Shown here: positions 22,510 to 36,970 of the stretch, in pieces
How the letters are laid out: each line of letters begins with the position of its first letter
Position numbering within the stretch: the stretch's first letter is position 1
Assembly: GCA_043228905.1 (NCBI GenBank)
Contig: JBHGNT010000286.1
Coordinates: 1 to 39,305 of the forward strand
DNA: 39,305 bases
Direction of reading: 5' to 3'
From: Azolla caroliniana
Lineage: Eukaryota; Plantae; Polypodiophyta
The notes under the pieces: generated by a model
What the model was told of the DNA's origin: nothing
The model's database searches: none
Seen by the model: only the letters and a program-made list of their open reading frames with translations
Position numbers and translations under genes: made by a program

Positions 22510-24673
22510 AACTCCCCCTCCACTCCGGCATGGGGTATACCAATCTGACTCTTTGTAGGCACACATCCAACTTTTCAACTGACAACACCTTTGTTAGCAT
22601 GTCCAACCCGTTCTCCGTTGGATGCACCTTCACTAGAGCAAAGTCCTTCTCTTCTACTCACTCTCGGATCCAATGATATCTCCTTTGGATGTGCTTGGTC
22701 CTCGAGTGGTAGGCGGCATTCTTCGCAAGGTAGATGGCACTCTGGTTATTGCAAAGGAGTCGAAATTCCTCTTGCCGAATTCCCAACTCTCCGATGAACT
22801 CCCTCATCCAAATTACTTCCTTGCCGGCTTCCGTTGTGCCATATACTCGGCTTCCATGGTCGACAACGCCACTACCTTCTATAGCCTTGAATGCCACGAG
22901 ACAACTCCCCATGCATACGTCATTAAGCATCCGGATGTGGATCAGTCGGTATCCACATCAACCAACATGTCCGAATAAGTATAACCTTCCAATAGGGTTT
23001 TACTTGAACCGAATCGAAGATACACATTTGAGGGGCCTTTCAGGTACCGAAGTATCCATTTCACAGCAGTCCAATGCTCTTTTCCGAGATTGCTCATGAA
23101 TCAGTTGATGACTCCGACAACGTATCTGATGTTCAGCATGGTACAAACCATCCCGTACATCAGGCTTCCGACTGCCGATGCATACGAAACTTTTGACATC
23201 TCGGCCTTCTTGGTTTTCAATTTCAGACTCTAGCTTCCAGACAACTTGCAGTTTGTCGGCAGTGTCGAGATGACCGGTTTCGCGTTTTCCATGCCGAATC
23301 TCCAGAGCACCTTTGTCACGTACTTCTCTTGTGACAACCACAACAATTTCTTTGTTTGATCCCAAAAAATGTGCATTCCCAGAATTTTCTTTGTCCGACC
23401 CATATCCTTCATTGAGAATGATCTACTCAAGGCCTTCTTCAAGCTTCCAATTTTCTTCGAGTCTCGTCCGACAATCAACATGTCGTCTACGTATAGTAGG
23501 AGAGCGAGGAAGTCTCCTCCATCGAACTTCTTCACAAACACGCAGTGATCAACTTGCATTTTGTAGTACCCTTGATTTGCCATGAAAGATTCGAATTTTC
23601 GGTACCATTGCCGAGGTGCTTGCTTCAGCCCATACAAGCTCTTCCTCAATCAACATACCAGGTTTTCTTTACCTTTCTTCATGAATCCTTCTGGCCACTG
23701 CATATAAATCTCTTCCTCCAAATCTCCATGAAGGAAGACAATCTTGATGTCTAGTTGCTCGACTTCGAGATCCATGTTGACCACTATGCTCAGCACTGTT
23801 CGGATTGACGTCATCTTTACTACCGGGGCAAATATCTCATCGAAATCCACATCCTTCTTTTGTTGGAAGCCTTTCACCATGATTCAGACTTTATATCTGG
23901 GTGGATTCTTGCCATATCTTGGTTTCAATTTGCCCACTTGTTCTGAAGTGTTGCCTTCCCTTTTGTCAACTCAGTCAATTCGTATGTGTGATTCTCATAC
24001 AAGGAATCCATCTCCTCTTGCATGGCACTTAACCACTTTCGGTTGTGGGTATCATTCTTAGCTTTGTCAAAGCTTTCAGGCTCCCCCTCATCGGTTAACA
24101 ATACACGTTCTTCATCCAGAAATCTCTGAGGGGGGGGCTTCTCTCTCTCAAGGGGTATCTTCTACCTCCATTCGGCATAGTCAGTTCTTCTTCGACTTCT
24201 TCGTCCGAGTCGAATTCGGTTCCTTGTTTGGCCGGTTCCCCCTGTTCCTCAGTTTGTTCTCGATTTTGCTAAGTATTTAATTGGTCGACTGGCTCGGATT
24301 CGATTTCGATCGAATCGACTTCTACTCGATTCTGCCGAGCATTGACTTGGCTCGATTTGGTTGTTGGAGACTTATTCTCAATCTCCCAATCGACAATCGT
24401 CTTCTCTTCCATGAAGACGATGTCTTGGCTCCTAATCACCTTCTTCTTGGCTATGTCCCATAGTTGATAGCCGAATTCGTCGTCGTCGTAGTCGAGAAAT
24501 ATACATGGATGAGATTTCGGGTCCAGCTTCCCCCTTTGGTCCTTTGCAACATGCACATAGGCAAGACAGCCGAACACCCTCAAGTGTCGGTATGAAACGT
24601 CTTTACTGCTCCACACCCTTCGTGGAATATCATCGTCCAAGGGTACTGAGGGTGATTGGTTTATCACATACAC
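22510..24673 (-). pseudogene. pol: Copia-2 pol (integrase C-term, RT, RNase H), fragmented
   Basis: HLRVFGCLAYVH, KSLYGLKQAPRQWY, LLYVDDMLIVG, HSRTKHIQRRYHW; many frameshifts. Confidence 0.92.
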
Positions 24674-25065
24674 TATTACGGGCATGACCATATAATATCC
24701 CGTGGTGAGAATTTACCGTAGTATTCTATACACTTGGATAAGTGTGAGGGTTAAACGAGAGTGTAAAGAAGGGGAGGATTACTTTTAAACCTCAGGATTG
24801 AGACAACCCATTAGGCTAAGTGTGAACTTGCCTGGGGGCCTTGGGTATTGCTATCAATAAGAGGCCTAACTAACCTCATTTCATCATCTTTTGACTACGT
24901 CGAGACTCTGTTTCTCGGTGGTTCAACTCTTGTATCGAGCACGCCAACACCAGGTACGACTCGACGCCACGACGGTGGTATGGGATGCTGATCAAGGCTC
25001 GAGTCTGTCTCGATCCCTTCGCTCGGGGGTGGTTGGGTGGATCGACACCCTTCTTTCTCTCTCTC

Positions 25066-25097
<32 letters not shown>

Positions 25098-25137
25098 TAT
25101 CTTTATCCTTTGCTTACATTAGTTCATATCTCTAATA
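24674..25137 (+). repeat. Gypsy-2 5' LTR (464 bp) with (TCTA)n microsatellite
   Basis: TATTA..TAATA termini; 24691-25137 matches 36966-37411. Confidence 0.85.
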
Positions 25138-25398
25138 GTTGGTTTCAGAGCTCATGTTCTAATGTTTCTTTTGTTGGTTTTGTCTTCTTGATGGATGGCG
25201 ATAGATCAATGTGCGGTCGACCTTGTTCCAAACAGCAATCAACAAAGGAACTTCAGTAATCTTTCTTTTTTTTTCTATTCTTTTTTCTCCCAATTTAATC
25301 ATGTGTATGGCTAATATGTAATTATTTTTTATAGATATTCAAATTATGATGTTGTAGTGATAATTAATTGGTTATATAAAACGTTTACATATGTGCAC

Positions 25399-25650
25399 AA
25401 GGTCAATACCTCATTTGACATATAAATAATATGTGATTAGTGTCGTATGCGTACGAGGTTAATACCTCAATTGCGTATTAAGTTCACGTACATATGTTAC
25501 GTATGCGTATGAGGTCAATTCCTCGATTTTGTTGTAAATGATATGCGTTTGGTCTCATATGCATAAGAGGTCAATACCTCAATTGCGTATTACGATGAAC
25601 CCTTATTTCTAGATGTTTCGTGTGCGTAGAGGCTATATGCCTCGATTACG
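25399..25650. repeat. Degenerate ~56-bp tandem repeat with GAGGT-caat-ACCTC hairpin core, 5 copies
   Basis: Cores start at 25399, 25455, 25511, 25567, 25629 in the Gypsy-2 leader. Confidence 0.7.
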
Positions 25651-26837
25651 TATCTCGATTACATCATTTTTGGTTATTTGATGTAACGATTTGTTTAATA
25701 TATGCATATGTGGTCACGTGTATACGTATTGGATCATATATATGTGAGAATATACATATGTGTATATAAGTTATTACGTGATTTTAATATCAAATGTTTT
25801 CCTTTTCGGGGAAAGGATTTTGGTGGCCGTCCTCACATTTTTGTGAGAATGGCGTTGTCACCATCCCTTTTTTCAACAATTTTTTATTGTTGACATCCCC
25901 GTTGGTGACTTCAATTTTATTACATAAAGAAATGCCTATAGCCACAATGATGTTGAGAACGTAGGGCTTGACCCACTTCATGTGAGGTCGCACTTATGAC
26001 ACACATATCCAACATCCCTCCCTCATTACATGGATACAATGCCACCATGAGATCATTCTTACGAAAGGCATTCATAATGACGTAACCATGTGATGGGCCA
26101 CGTGGGCCTACTATGAAAAGAGGGCTCATTTGGCTTGACCATTAGGTTGCACTTTGGCGTATGCCATCGTAATTACGAGACTTGAGGTTAGGTAACATAC
26201 CAACAAAGTTTGTGGTAAACGAGGGGGAAATAAGGACTCTTGACATATATGTTTCTTTGAAAAAGAAAGATATATGGGCAAATGCCTTGCATATCTCTTA
26301 TACGCATGAAACATTAAATATTCAAGAAGAGCAACCTAGTTGGTTGGATCAAGTGTTTAATGCATTTGTTCTCAAGGTCTCGAGTTCAAATATGACCAAG
26401 ACCATATAACATCATTGTTACATATGACTATAACACATGTTTAGACTTGAGGTCTAAGTGTAGTTCGAGGTCCTCGTAATAGGACTTAAAGAGCCGAAAC
26501 CACATATGTGGGCACCGAAACATAGTTTATTGTTAACATTTTTTTCGTGTATAAATTATTCATGACGCGAACATACATGGTTGAGCCTCGGGGAGTTGCC
26601 ATGAAAAAATCGATATAAAGATCAGGGAAAGACATTAATTTGTCACCCCCATGGTTTGTAAAACACCTTTTTGTTACCATAGTAACCTAATCTTGAACCT
26701 CATCTCATACGTCTAGAGGGGTATTGATGTGAGATCATGATATCGATTTGTTTGTCCATGATATGTTTACATCACGACATGATGTTATGACTATTTGTCT
26801 GACCTTATCCTATTTCTTTGCTAGAAATAATCATTTA

Positions 26838-29800
26838 ATGGCTCAAAATAACGACCCGATGTCATCCGCTCAAGTGGAAGGAACTCAAAGGAAATCCTCC
26901 TGGACAAATGTCCATTGAGATGTATTTTTCGCAAATAACCCAATACCTTAGTTTCACCGCTCAACAGATGACCGAACTTCGGCAATCTCAAAGTGCTCTT
27001 GAGGCACGTGTCATTAGTTTACAACGTGAGACTAATAGACTTGATGAGCGACAGGGTGAACCATCGTTTGTCGTTAAGCCATTTACGGGAGAAAAAAAGG
27101 AAAGAACCGAAGAAGCAATCTGCACGTGGCTCAGCCGATGGGAGTCTCATTTTGAGCTCTATCCCACGCCAGATAGTACGAAGATTGCATATGTCGGCCG
27201 AGAACTAGGGGGCAAAGCCACCACGTGGTGGCGTGGGCTCCAAAATTTGGGGAAATTGCCCGATACTTGGACAGATTTTGTCACAGTTTTTAAGGGCCAA
27301 TTTCTGCAACCTCCCTCTCGAACCAAGGTAGCTCAAGCTTTAATGAACCTCTCTAGCAGGAAGTTTTCCTTGCTAGGAGACTATGTCCACCATGTTAGAA
27401 CCCAAATCCAAAAATCGGGTCTAGAAGGGGACAATTGGTTAATAGCTTGTTTTGTCAATGGCATCCCCAATTCGGACTATGACTGGATAGTGCACGATAA
27501 GGATCCAAAATCCTTCGAAGAGGCCGTTGAAATAGTTCTTCGCTATCAACGCACTTCGGAGAAGAACCACAACAAACCCAACGAAGCGCCCGGGACTAAG
27601 CAGTCGCAATTCGCTCGGAAACGGAAGACACCCAACGAATTCATCGATCGCGATTGTAAGCGACAACATCCTTTTTGCGTATTCTGCAAAAAGAAGGGTC
27701 ATACAAAAGAGCAATGTTGAAAGCTCCAACGGAAAGAGCATGACATCAAAGCTAAAGCTACGGACCATAAAGGTCAGATTCCTAATGTCCTTCAAGTCTA
27801 TACACATCATTTAAGTAATTGTCAATGTTCTTTCCCTCACTATGTATTGGGTCCCAATTATTTACTACGTGCAAACGGGTATATCAATGGATCTCCTGTA
27901 CAATTTTTGTTTGATTCGGGAAGCTCACACAACTTTGTGAATGATTATTTGGTTCAGATATGGGGAATCAAACCCACTGTAAGTGGTCACACCTATACGG
28001 TGCACTTGGCTGATGGAAGAGTACAATACATCAACAGGGCAATTCATTCATTAGGAATTTCTATTGATACTTATATAGTGGAAGTAGACTTCCATGTAAT
28101 GAATCTTTGTACCACTGATGTAATACTGGGTTATCCCTGGTTCTATAATAAAAGCTCTTCTTTATCTATTGATTGGGTTCATCATTCAATTACATTTGTA
28201 CTGAACGATTGTACTCATTTTATTCAACGTGTTAAAAAACAATCTCTTTCGATTGTTTCCTCTCCATCAATATCCAAGTTGTCTTGTTCTACTCTATTTT
28301 ATTGTGTACTTGATCCGAACATTCACGTTTACAATATCGATAATGTCTCAGTTCAATTAACATATTTTGAAGAACAACTTGTTGAAATCTTAAATGATTT
28401 TCGTGATGTTTTTCCGAGTGAACTACCAAATGGGTTACCTCCTAAACATAATATAGACCATCGTATAGATATTGTACCTGGCGTTGCACCAATAAGTATA
28501 CCTCATTATCGCTTAAGTCGATCCGAAGAGGATGAGGTATCTAAGCAACTCAAGGACTATTTACGAATGTGTTATATACGTTATAGTAAATCTCCATGGG
28601 GTGCACCAATTCTCTTAGTTAAAAAGAAAGACGGCACATGGCGTATGTGTATTAATTACCGACACGTGAATAAAGTGAAGATCAAGAATTCGTATCCATT
28701 GCCCCAGGCTGACGATCTAATTGACCGTCTCCAAGGAGCTCGGTATTTTACGAAACTTGATCTTCGTACTAGCTACCATCAAATTCGTATAAGTGAGGAC
28801 GATGTTCCTAAAACGACATTTCGTACGTGTTATGGCCATTATGAGTTTTTGGTTATGCCTTTTGGTTTGACCAATGCTCCAACTACATTTCAACAAGAAA
28901 TGAATGACATTTTCCTAGAACAACTTGGAAAATTTGTCGTTATTTTATTGGATGATATTTTAGTTTATAGCCATACATTACAAGAACATGTTAAACATGT
29001 CCGCTTTGTTTTACAAACATTGCATGACAAATAGTTTTATGCGAAGATCTCAAAATGTGAGTTCTTCAAGAAATCAATTACTTATCTTGGACATCTCATA
29101 ACCAAACAAGGAGTTGAAATTGATCCTTCTCGGATCGAGAAAATCAAGCTTTGCCCCACTCTTCGGAATATTCGAGAAGTTCGATCATTCCTTGGTTTTG
29201 TCGAGTTTTTGCGAAAATCCCTTCGTAATTACTCCCAATTGACGACGTTGTTTACAGATCTTCTAAAAGGTCAAACACATAAGTCTACAAAACCTATTGT
29301 CTGGAATGCTACACTAGACCTCACCTTTAAGGAACTCAAGGACCTAGTGTGCAAGGCTCCTTCGCTTGTTTTACCTGATCCTTCAAAACCTTTTGAGGTT
29401 GAAACTGATGCAAGCGATTATGCTATAGGTGTTGTGTTATATCAAGATGATAAACCAATAGCATTCGAGAGTAAGAAACTTGATTCTGCTCAATGTCGGT
29501 ATACCGTTCAAGAAAATGAGTTATTTGCAATTATACATGCGCTCAAAACATGGCGCCATTATCTTTATGGAAATCACTTTGTGGTAACTACGGACCACGA
29601 GTCCTTAAATTATTTTTGTGACCAACAAGACCTGAAAGGTCGTAAGGCGCAATGGGTTGATCTCATCCAGAACTTTGATTTTTCCATACGATATCATAAA
29701 GGTTCCATGAACACTGTCGTTGATGCACTAAGTCGCATCCGTGAAGTTAACATGCTTAGCTTCACTGAAATAACATCAGATCTTTATGATCACCTTCGAG

Positions 29801-30814
29801 GAAAGTATCCTGATGACAGTTATTTTGAGAAATATTGGGCAAGAGTTGAGTCTGGAACAGACACCACCACATCCTTGAAGGAATACTTCCACATTTCTAA
29901 CGGTCTGCTCTACCGTAATGGGAAGGTTTGTGTTCTAGATTTGCTTGTGGTCAAAAAGAGAATTCTTTTTTAATGCCATGATGCACCCTCAACAGGGCAC
30001 CCTGGAATACATCGTACACTCGTTCTCATCTCCACTAAATTCTATTGGCCTAAGATGCGTACGGACATACATAGCTATGTGACTAAATGTCACCAATGTC
30101 AGGTTAACAAAGCGGAGCGACTTAAAGCCGCAGGACTTTTACATCCCTTGGACATTCCCAATAATAAGTGGGAAAGTATATCCATGGATTTTATTGTTAG
30201 CCTTCCTCGCACCCAAAAAGGTCATGATGCCATCTAGGTTGTGGTTGATAAACTAATTAAAATGGCTAGATTTATTACTACGAAAACCACAGTAACATCT
30301 CCTGAATTGGCTTACCAATTTGTTGACGAGTTATTTTGTTTTTATGGGTTACGGATGGATATAGTGAGTGATCGAGATCCAAAGTTTACTAGTGACTTCT
30401 GGATGCAAGTCTTTAAGAAGTTAGAAACTACGTTGAGCATGAGCTCCACAGATCATCCTCAATCCGATGGACAAACAGAACGAGTAAATCAAATTATTGA
30501 GGACATGCTTCGAGCATACGTTGGTGCAAAACCAACAAAATGGGAACGTTATCTCCCAATTTTGGAGTTTGCTTATAACAACTCCAAGCATACATTGACG
30601 GGATAGTCCTTTTATGTTGATGTATGGTTTTCAGCCACGAGCCCCGATTGATGTTAATATACATCATGATGAGTTGTGAAGTACGCAAAACTTTCTTCGG
30701 GATATGCAAGATATCTTGCATATTGCACGAGATAATATAAAAACAGCTCAAGATAGATCGCATTTTTATGCCAATCATCATAGGCAACCTCATGTATTCA
30801 ACCTTGGACATAAG
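26838..30814 (+). pseudogene. gag-pol: Gypsy-2 gag-pol
   Basis: Gag with CVFCKKKGHTKEQC; protease [10 protein letters not shown]; [34 protein letters not shown]; RNase H ETDASDYAIG; integrase WESISMDFI, SDRDPKF, HPQSDGQTER; several stops. Confidence 0.93.
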
Positions 30815-31245
30815 TGTTGAGAGACAAGCTCAACATCGGCCGGATCGGCTGAGCAAGCCAAGGACCGGATTGGGTTGGACCAATCGGTTAGGCCAGATCA
30901 GTTGGAAACCGGTACGCAGACCGATGCGTAGGAAGGCTGGATCGGTGCGGAAACCGGGAGGCCATCGGAAAGATATTCCGCAAGGAATATATATTGGGAG
31001 TTAGTGTAGGGGCTCCTCAATGAGCATTGAAGTACTGTCAGTACTTCTGTTAGTTCGAAAAGGACTTGTATAAAAGTTTCATTGAACACACACAATGTAC
31101 AGATCAAGTATTATTTTTGAATTAAGTTCTTGTGTTTACTCTCTCTCTTCTCTCCCGTGCGTACTATGCAAACCTAAGTTTTCCATTAAACCTGCGTTTT
31201 CTGTTGTTCGGGTTCCTATATTGCTTCCACACGCCATTCTTTTCA
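30815..31245 (+). repeat. Copia-3 5' LTR (431 bp)
   Basis: Direct repeat of 36120-36539. Confidence 0.95.
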
Positions 31246-31327
31246 TGGTATCAGAGCGTGAGGGTTGAGAACCTCTGCAGTCGACTTTGCTTGAAGGAAA
31301 AACCAACAAAGAAGAACAAGAAAACCG

Positions 31328-34300
31328 ATGGACAAAGGAATGGCTAGCTCGCTTCCAACGGAGAAGCTCGACAGAACCAACTACGCATCTTGGTCCTACA
31401 AGATGCACCAGTACCTACTCGGACACGGTTACTGGAGCTATGTCGATGGAGCAAATGACACATCACCCGATTCGACACACAAAGACTTCCCGGCGTGGGA
31501 ACAATCGATGAGCTGAGTGTTGTACTGTTTCACGTCTTGTGTGGGCGAACAACTATTAAGCTACGTTTGGGATGCAAAAACGCCGAAGGGTGCGTGGGAA
31601 AATCTGAAGAAGATCTTTGCCGCGAGCACCACAACCAGGAAGCTTTAGCTCCGACGGGAGTTGAGCAACCTACAACAACGCGATTTGTCGGTGGCTGACT
31701 ATACCTCGAAGATCAAGGACATATGCGACTCCTTAGCTTCCATCGATGTGAACATCAAGGAAAGTGATATGGTCCAGGTCTGTCTCGGGTGTTTGGCGTC
31801 AACGTTCGGAGCATTCCGAACTGTTGTGTGTACACGGGAGAATACGTCGTCGTTTTTCGACTTACAGTCGATGCTCCTTATAGAGGAGAACCACGTGGGT
31901 GCATCAACAAGCACGCATGCCGACAACAAGATGTCGTACACGGAGGGAGAGAGGCTCCATGGTCGTGGCGGACGAGGTGAGTCAGTACGCAATGGAGGCA
32001 GCCGATGGGATCAAGGAAGAAGGCACCGAAGTGATGCCGACAGCAATTCCGGAACCTCTGGAAACAGGGGGAGTCCAGGCGACGAGAACCGGCAAGGGAA
32101 ATCTGCCGCGGAATGTTGGTATTGTGGCAAGAAAGGCCACAGGGAGAGCGACTGCTGGAAAAAGCGCGCCGATTCGGAGAGAACCGGGTCCGGAACAAGT
32201 TTCGGACAGACCGACAAAGGAAATCGGCAACAATCACACTATGCCGAAGGATCCGGAGAAGTCGGAAAAGGGTCAGTCTTCGTGAATGAGACACGAAGCA
32301 AACTCAATGAAGAACATCACCAAGAAGTCAGAGGAGCTGTGTTACGTCGACTCTAGCGCGTCAAACCACATGACGTGCCACGAGGACTAGTTCTCATACC
32401 TTGAGAAACCGACGCAACCAGGAGTAGTCGCAACCGGAGACGACACTCCGCATCCGATCGCGAATGTCGGTGAAATTCCCCTGAGCCATGTCGGGCAAAA
32501 AGGGAAACTCATGAACGTGTTACACGTCCCGACAATCACAAAGAACTTGGTGTCGGTTAGGCAGATCGTCGACCAGGGGATGTAGTTTCGGTTTACGCAT
32601 CTCGGGTGATTCATCGAGGAAGGGCGCAAGGGCACAAAGACGGGAGGATGTTTATCCTCGATTCTAGTGGCACCACAATGTTCGCGAAAGGACAAAAGGT
32701 CGAGTCGGACATCGACTTATGGCACAAGCGGATAGGCCACGTGAACTATCAACGGCTTTAGGACCTGCAATCAAAACAGGTGGTGTTCGGATTGCCCAAA
32801 TTTAGTGGCCGGAAGGCACAAATTTGTGAAGCTTGCCAGCTTGGGAAGCAACACCAACTTCCCTTCCCCAACGAGCGTAACCGGAGCCGGAACAAGCTCG
32901 ACTTGATACACTTCGATGTGTGGGGGCCGGCACAAAACATTAGTCTTGCCAGGAGCCGATATTTCATCTCCTTCATCGACGACTACACACGGCACACATT
33001 GATCTACCTCATTGAGAGGAAGAGCGAAGTCTTTGACTGTTTCCGGGACCTCAAAGGGTTCGTGGAAACGGAAACAGGAAGGAAGATCAAGTGCTTGCGG
33101 TCGGATGGCGGAAAAGAATACTTTTCCGGTCAATTCAATGGTTATCTACAACAGATTGGAATTTGGCACGAATTCAGTTGTAGATACACGCTGAAGCAAA
33201 ACGGCGTGGCTGAGAGGAAAAATCGGTCGGTTGTGGAAGCGGCGCGGGCAATGCTAGAAGAAAAGAGCTTGCCCAAGTTCTATTGGGCCGAGGCGGTACA
33301 AACCACGGTATACATCCAGAACCGGATCAAAGACAAAGTGTCGGCGCATGAGCTATATTTTGGAATGAAGCCGAACTTGCGACACTTACGAGTTTTCGGT
33401 AGCGTTGCGTATGTGCATGTGCCGAAGGAGAAACGGAGGAAGCTGGACGCAAAGGCCGAGAAATGTATCTTGGTCGATTACTCAGACGAGCAGAAGGGTT
33501 ATAAGTGTTATAACCCGCGCACCAAAAAAGCGCGCGTGAGCCGCGACGTTGTGTTTGACGAGTCTACGTCCTGGTACTTGCCTCCGACTCCGGACCTCAC
33601 CTCCAATCCGAGTTATGATGATGAGGTCAACCAAGCCGAGATGCCTCCGGATGAGCCTGAAATCGTAACCCGCGAAGAGAGTTCGATTTCGTTTCGGTTA
33701 AGCGGACCGAATGGACGACTGAGTCAGTTTGACCAGTCCGATGAAGAGCCGGCGAGTAGTGGAGACTCGGCCGTGCATTCCCCGCGTAGGAAGCCGAGGA
33801 GACCGCTTACACGCAAAGAAAAGAGGAAGAAGAAGGTGTCGGATTATGGCACGAATAGGAACGAGTCGGATCGACGCGAGTTCGACTCCGAGGGAAGTGA
33901 CGACGGGTCTTCGAGACCGAAGTCCGCGTTGGCCAAGAAAACCTCAACATCGGCTAATGAGCAATTATGCCGATCAACCTGCCTGAAGAACCCAGTTGTG
34001 CGGTTCGGATACAACGACTACATGGCGCATCATTATGCATACATGACCTATGTAGCGGAAGTGCGTGAGCCGGAGCTAAGCAGAAGCGGCTAAGGACGCG
34101 AATTGGTGCGCCGCGATGGAGGAAGAGATGCACGCATTAGCGGAAAATGAAACCTAGGACCTGGTTGACGCACCGAAGGGTGTGAAACTGATTGGATGTA
34201 GGTGGGTGTACAAGGTCAAGTACAACACCCACAGCTCGGTCAACTGATACAAGGCCTGGTTAGTGGCAAAAGGCTACGCGCAGAAACACGACATCGACTA

Positions 34301-36125
34301 CGATGAGACATTTGCGTCGGTCGCGAAGATGACGATCGTCCGTGTTTTGCTCGCAGTAGCTGCGGCAAAGGGGTGGCACTTACATCAGATGGATGTAGAG
34401 AATGCGTTCCTACAAGGTGAGCTTGAGGAACAGGTGTACATGGTACAACCCCCCAGATTTCACTCCGGAACGAACACGTCGGTAGTGTGTTGATTGAAGA
34501 AGTCCCTTTACGGACTGAAGCAAGCCCCACGTGCCTGGAACGCAAAGATCACGCAGCAACTGCGTCGGATGGGCTTTGAAACATCAAAATCAGACTCTTC
34601 CCTATTCATCCGGAAAGGTCGACTTGGTCCGGTCAGTATTTTACTATATGTTGATGACTTGATCATCACCGGTGCCAACCTAGGTGAAATCAACCGCGTG
34701 AAGCTCCAACTTGCGGCATCGTTCGACATGAAGGATCTGGGGGATCTTCATTACTTCCTCGAGATCGAAATGATCCGTACCCCCGAAGGCATATTGATCA
34801 GCCAACGCCATTATGTGCTGAGTATGCTCTTCAAATTCAGGATGGCCGACTGTAAGTCCGTCTCGACTTCCCTGGATAGAACTGTGAAGCTTCGCCCCAA
34901 TTCCGGAAAGGTATGCGACCCGACGAGGTTCCGACAAATTGTCGGAAGCCTTATGTACTTGACAATCACCCGACCCAATCTCAGTTATCCGGTCGGGGTG
35001 ATCAATCAGTTCATGGCGCGACCTACCAAGGAGCACCTTCAGTGTGCGCAACGCGTACTGTGGTACGTAAGCGGCACTAAGGACCGGGGACTACTATATC
35101 GGACCGGTACAGCCTCGCAGTTGGTAGGCTACACCGATGCTGATTGGGTTGGCAACGCCGCCTATCGCTGATCCACGTTCGGATACGTGTTCTCTCTTGG
35201 GAGTGCTGCGATAGCGTGGAGCAGTAAGAAGCAGCCGACAGTTGCATTGTCGAGCACCAAAGCTGAGTATAGAGGAGCGGTTGTCGCAACATGCGAAGCC
35301 ATATGGTTGAAGCGGCTACTTAAGGATCTGCAGGTGGAGGTGTCCGATCCAACGACTATCTACTGCGACAACCTCAGCAGCATCCAGCTCGCCAAGAACG
35401 TCGTTTTCCACGCCCGGACTAAGCACATTGAGGTGCACTACCATTTCGTCCGTGAGCGTGTTCTCTCTAGTGAAGTCGAACTTCAGTATGTTTCGACGGA
35501 TCGGCAGACCGCCGACATCTTCACCAAGCCTCTTGGTCTGGACAAGTTGCGGCAATTCTCGGGTGCGCTTGGGTTGCGTCACCTCGACATGTCAAACTTG
35601 AGGGGGAGAGATGTCCCAAATGACCACAAAAGGGGGAGAGAAGACCGCAATGCCGAGTCGGATGACGAATTCGATTTCGGATCGGCTGAAGGAGCCGAGG
35701 GCGGACCCGCGGAAGATTCCGAAAGCAGACATAAGGGGAGTAGCCGAAAGGAAGAGCCGAAGTCAACCAAGCATGGGGGAGATGATGCCGTTAAGGGCGA
35801 GAAGACCGAAGACGAGTTGGAGACAACCAACTCGAACGAGAGCGAAAACCGATCGGAGGTAGTCGAGTCGGTTCGGATGTTTGATTCGGATACACTGAAT
35901 CAACCGAGGGCCAAGCGGAAAAGAAGGCAGCAAGAGAAACGCCAACACCGCAACAACGAGGGAGTTGTGAAGGGCCATGGGAGCAGACAAGACGATCGGA
36001 AGGGTCGAAGCACGCGGAGTCGAACAAGTCGAGGAGCGCGAGCGAGGCGTGGAGCCAGGAGGAACCGAAGCAGTGATCCAAAAGATCCCGAAGAGCCTCA
36101 AGTTGAGCTTGAGGGGGAGTGTTGA
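31328..36125 (+). pseudogene. gag-pol: Copia-3 gag-pol
   Basis: KLDRTNYASW, CWYCGKKGHRESDC, integrase IHFDVWGP..LRSDGGKEY..NGVAERKNR, RT LYVDDLII, RNase H HARTKHIEVHYHF..ADIFTK; stops and frameshifts. Confidence 0.94.
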
Positions 36126-36539
36126 GAGACAAGCTCAACATCAGCCGGATCGGCTGAGCAAGCCAAGGACCAGATCGGTTGGGACCGATCGGTTAGGCCG
36201 GATCGGTTGGAAACCGGTACGCAGACCGGTGCGTAGGAAGGCCGGATTAGTGCCGAAACTCGGAGGCCATCAGAAAGATATTCTGCAAGGAATATATTTG
36301 GGAGTTAGTGTAGGGGCTCCTCAATGAGCATTGAAGTACTGTCAATCCGAAAAGGACTTGTATAAAAGTGTTCATTGAACACACACGATGTACAGATCGA
36401 GTATTATTTTTTAATTAAGTTCTTGTGTTTACTCTCTCTCTATCTCTCCCGTGCGTACTATGTAAACCTAAGCTTTCCATTAACCTTGCGTTTTCTGTTG
36501 TTCGGGTTCCTATATTGCTTCCGCACGCCATTCTTTTCA
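36120..36539 (+). repeat. Copia-3 3' LTR (420 bp)
   Basis: Follows PPT GAGGGGGAG; ends TTTTCA before the TSD. Confidence 0.95.
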
Positions 36540-36970
36540 ATAAGGTATTTTTACGTGTACCTCACAATTCTAAGACATTGTCTAAGAGTAAGTGCGCTAA
36601 GTTAGCCCCATGGTTTTGTGGACCTTTTACAGTCCTCACACGCATTGGGTCATCAGCCTATCGTCTCGCTCTTCCTGATTGTGTTGAAATTCATCCAGTT
36701 TTTCATGTGAGTCGTCTAAAAGAACTTCTAGGTTCTGGCGACAATACAGTTACAACTGAAACTTTGGTTACTTCTGAAGAATTATCTTCTAAACCACATG
36801 TACCAGATAGAATTCTCGATGTTAAAACAAAAAAATTATGTACTAAAGAAATCCGAGAATTTAAAATAAAATGGATGGATAAATCAATAAAAGATGCCAC
36901 ATGGGAACGCGAAAATACTCTCAGAACTAACTTCCCTAACTTTCCATTGCAAGTGTGCAATGTTTTATAA
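36540..36970 (+). pseudogene. Gypsy-2 integrase C-terminus (GPY/F motif and chromodomain)
   Basis: KLAPWFCGPF..AYRLALP..IHPVFHVSRLK; PDRILD..EFKIKW..DATWE. Confidence 0.9.

Larger units (their letters stand above)
30815..36539 (+). mobile_element. Copia-3: full-length Ty1/copia element inserted in the Gypsy-2 integrase
   Basis: TG..CA LTRs; perfect 5-bp TSD ATAAG (30810-30814, 36540-36544); PBS TGGTATCAGAGC 31246-31257; PPT 36111-36119. Confidence 0.96.

Noticed and set aside
3432-36327. Numerous antisense and alternate-frame ORFs overlapping gag-pol regions (e.g. 3432-4031, 13533-14060, 31878-32294)
   Set aside because: Shadows of retrotransposon coding sequence with no recognisable motifs.
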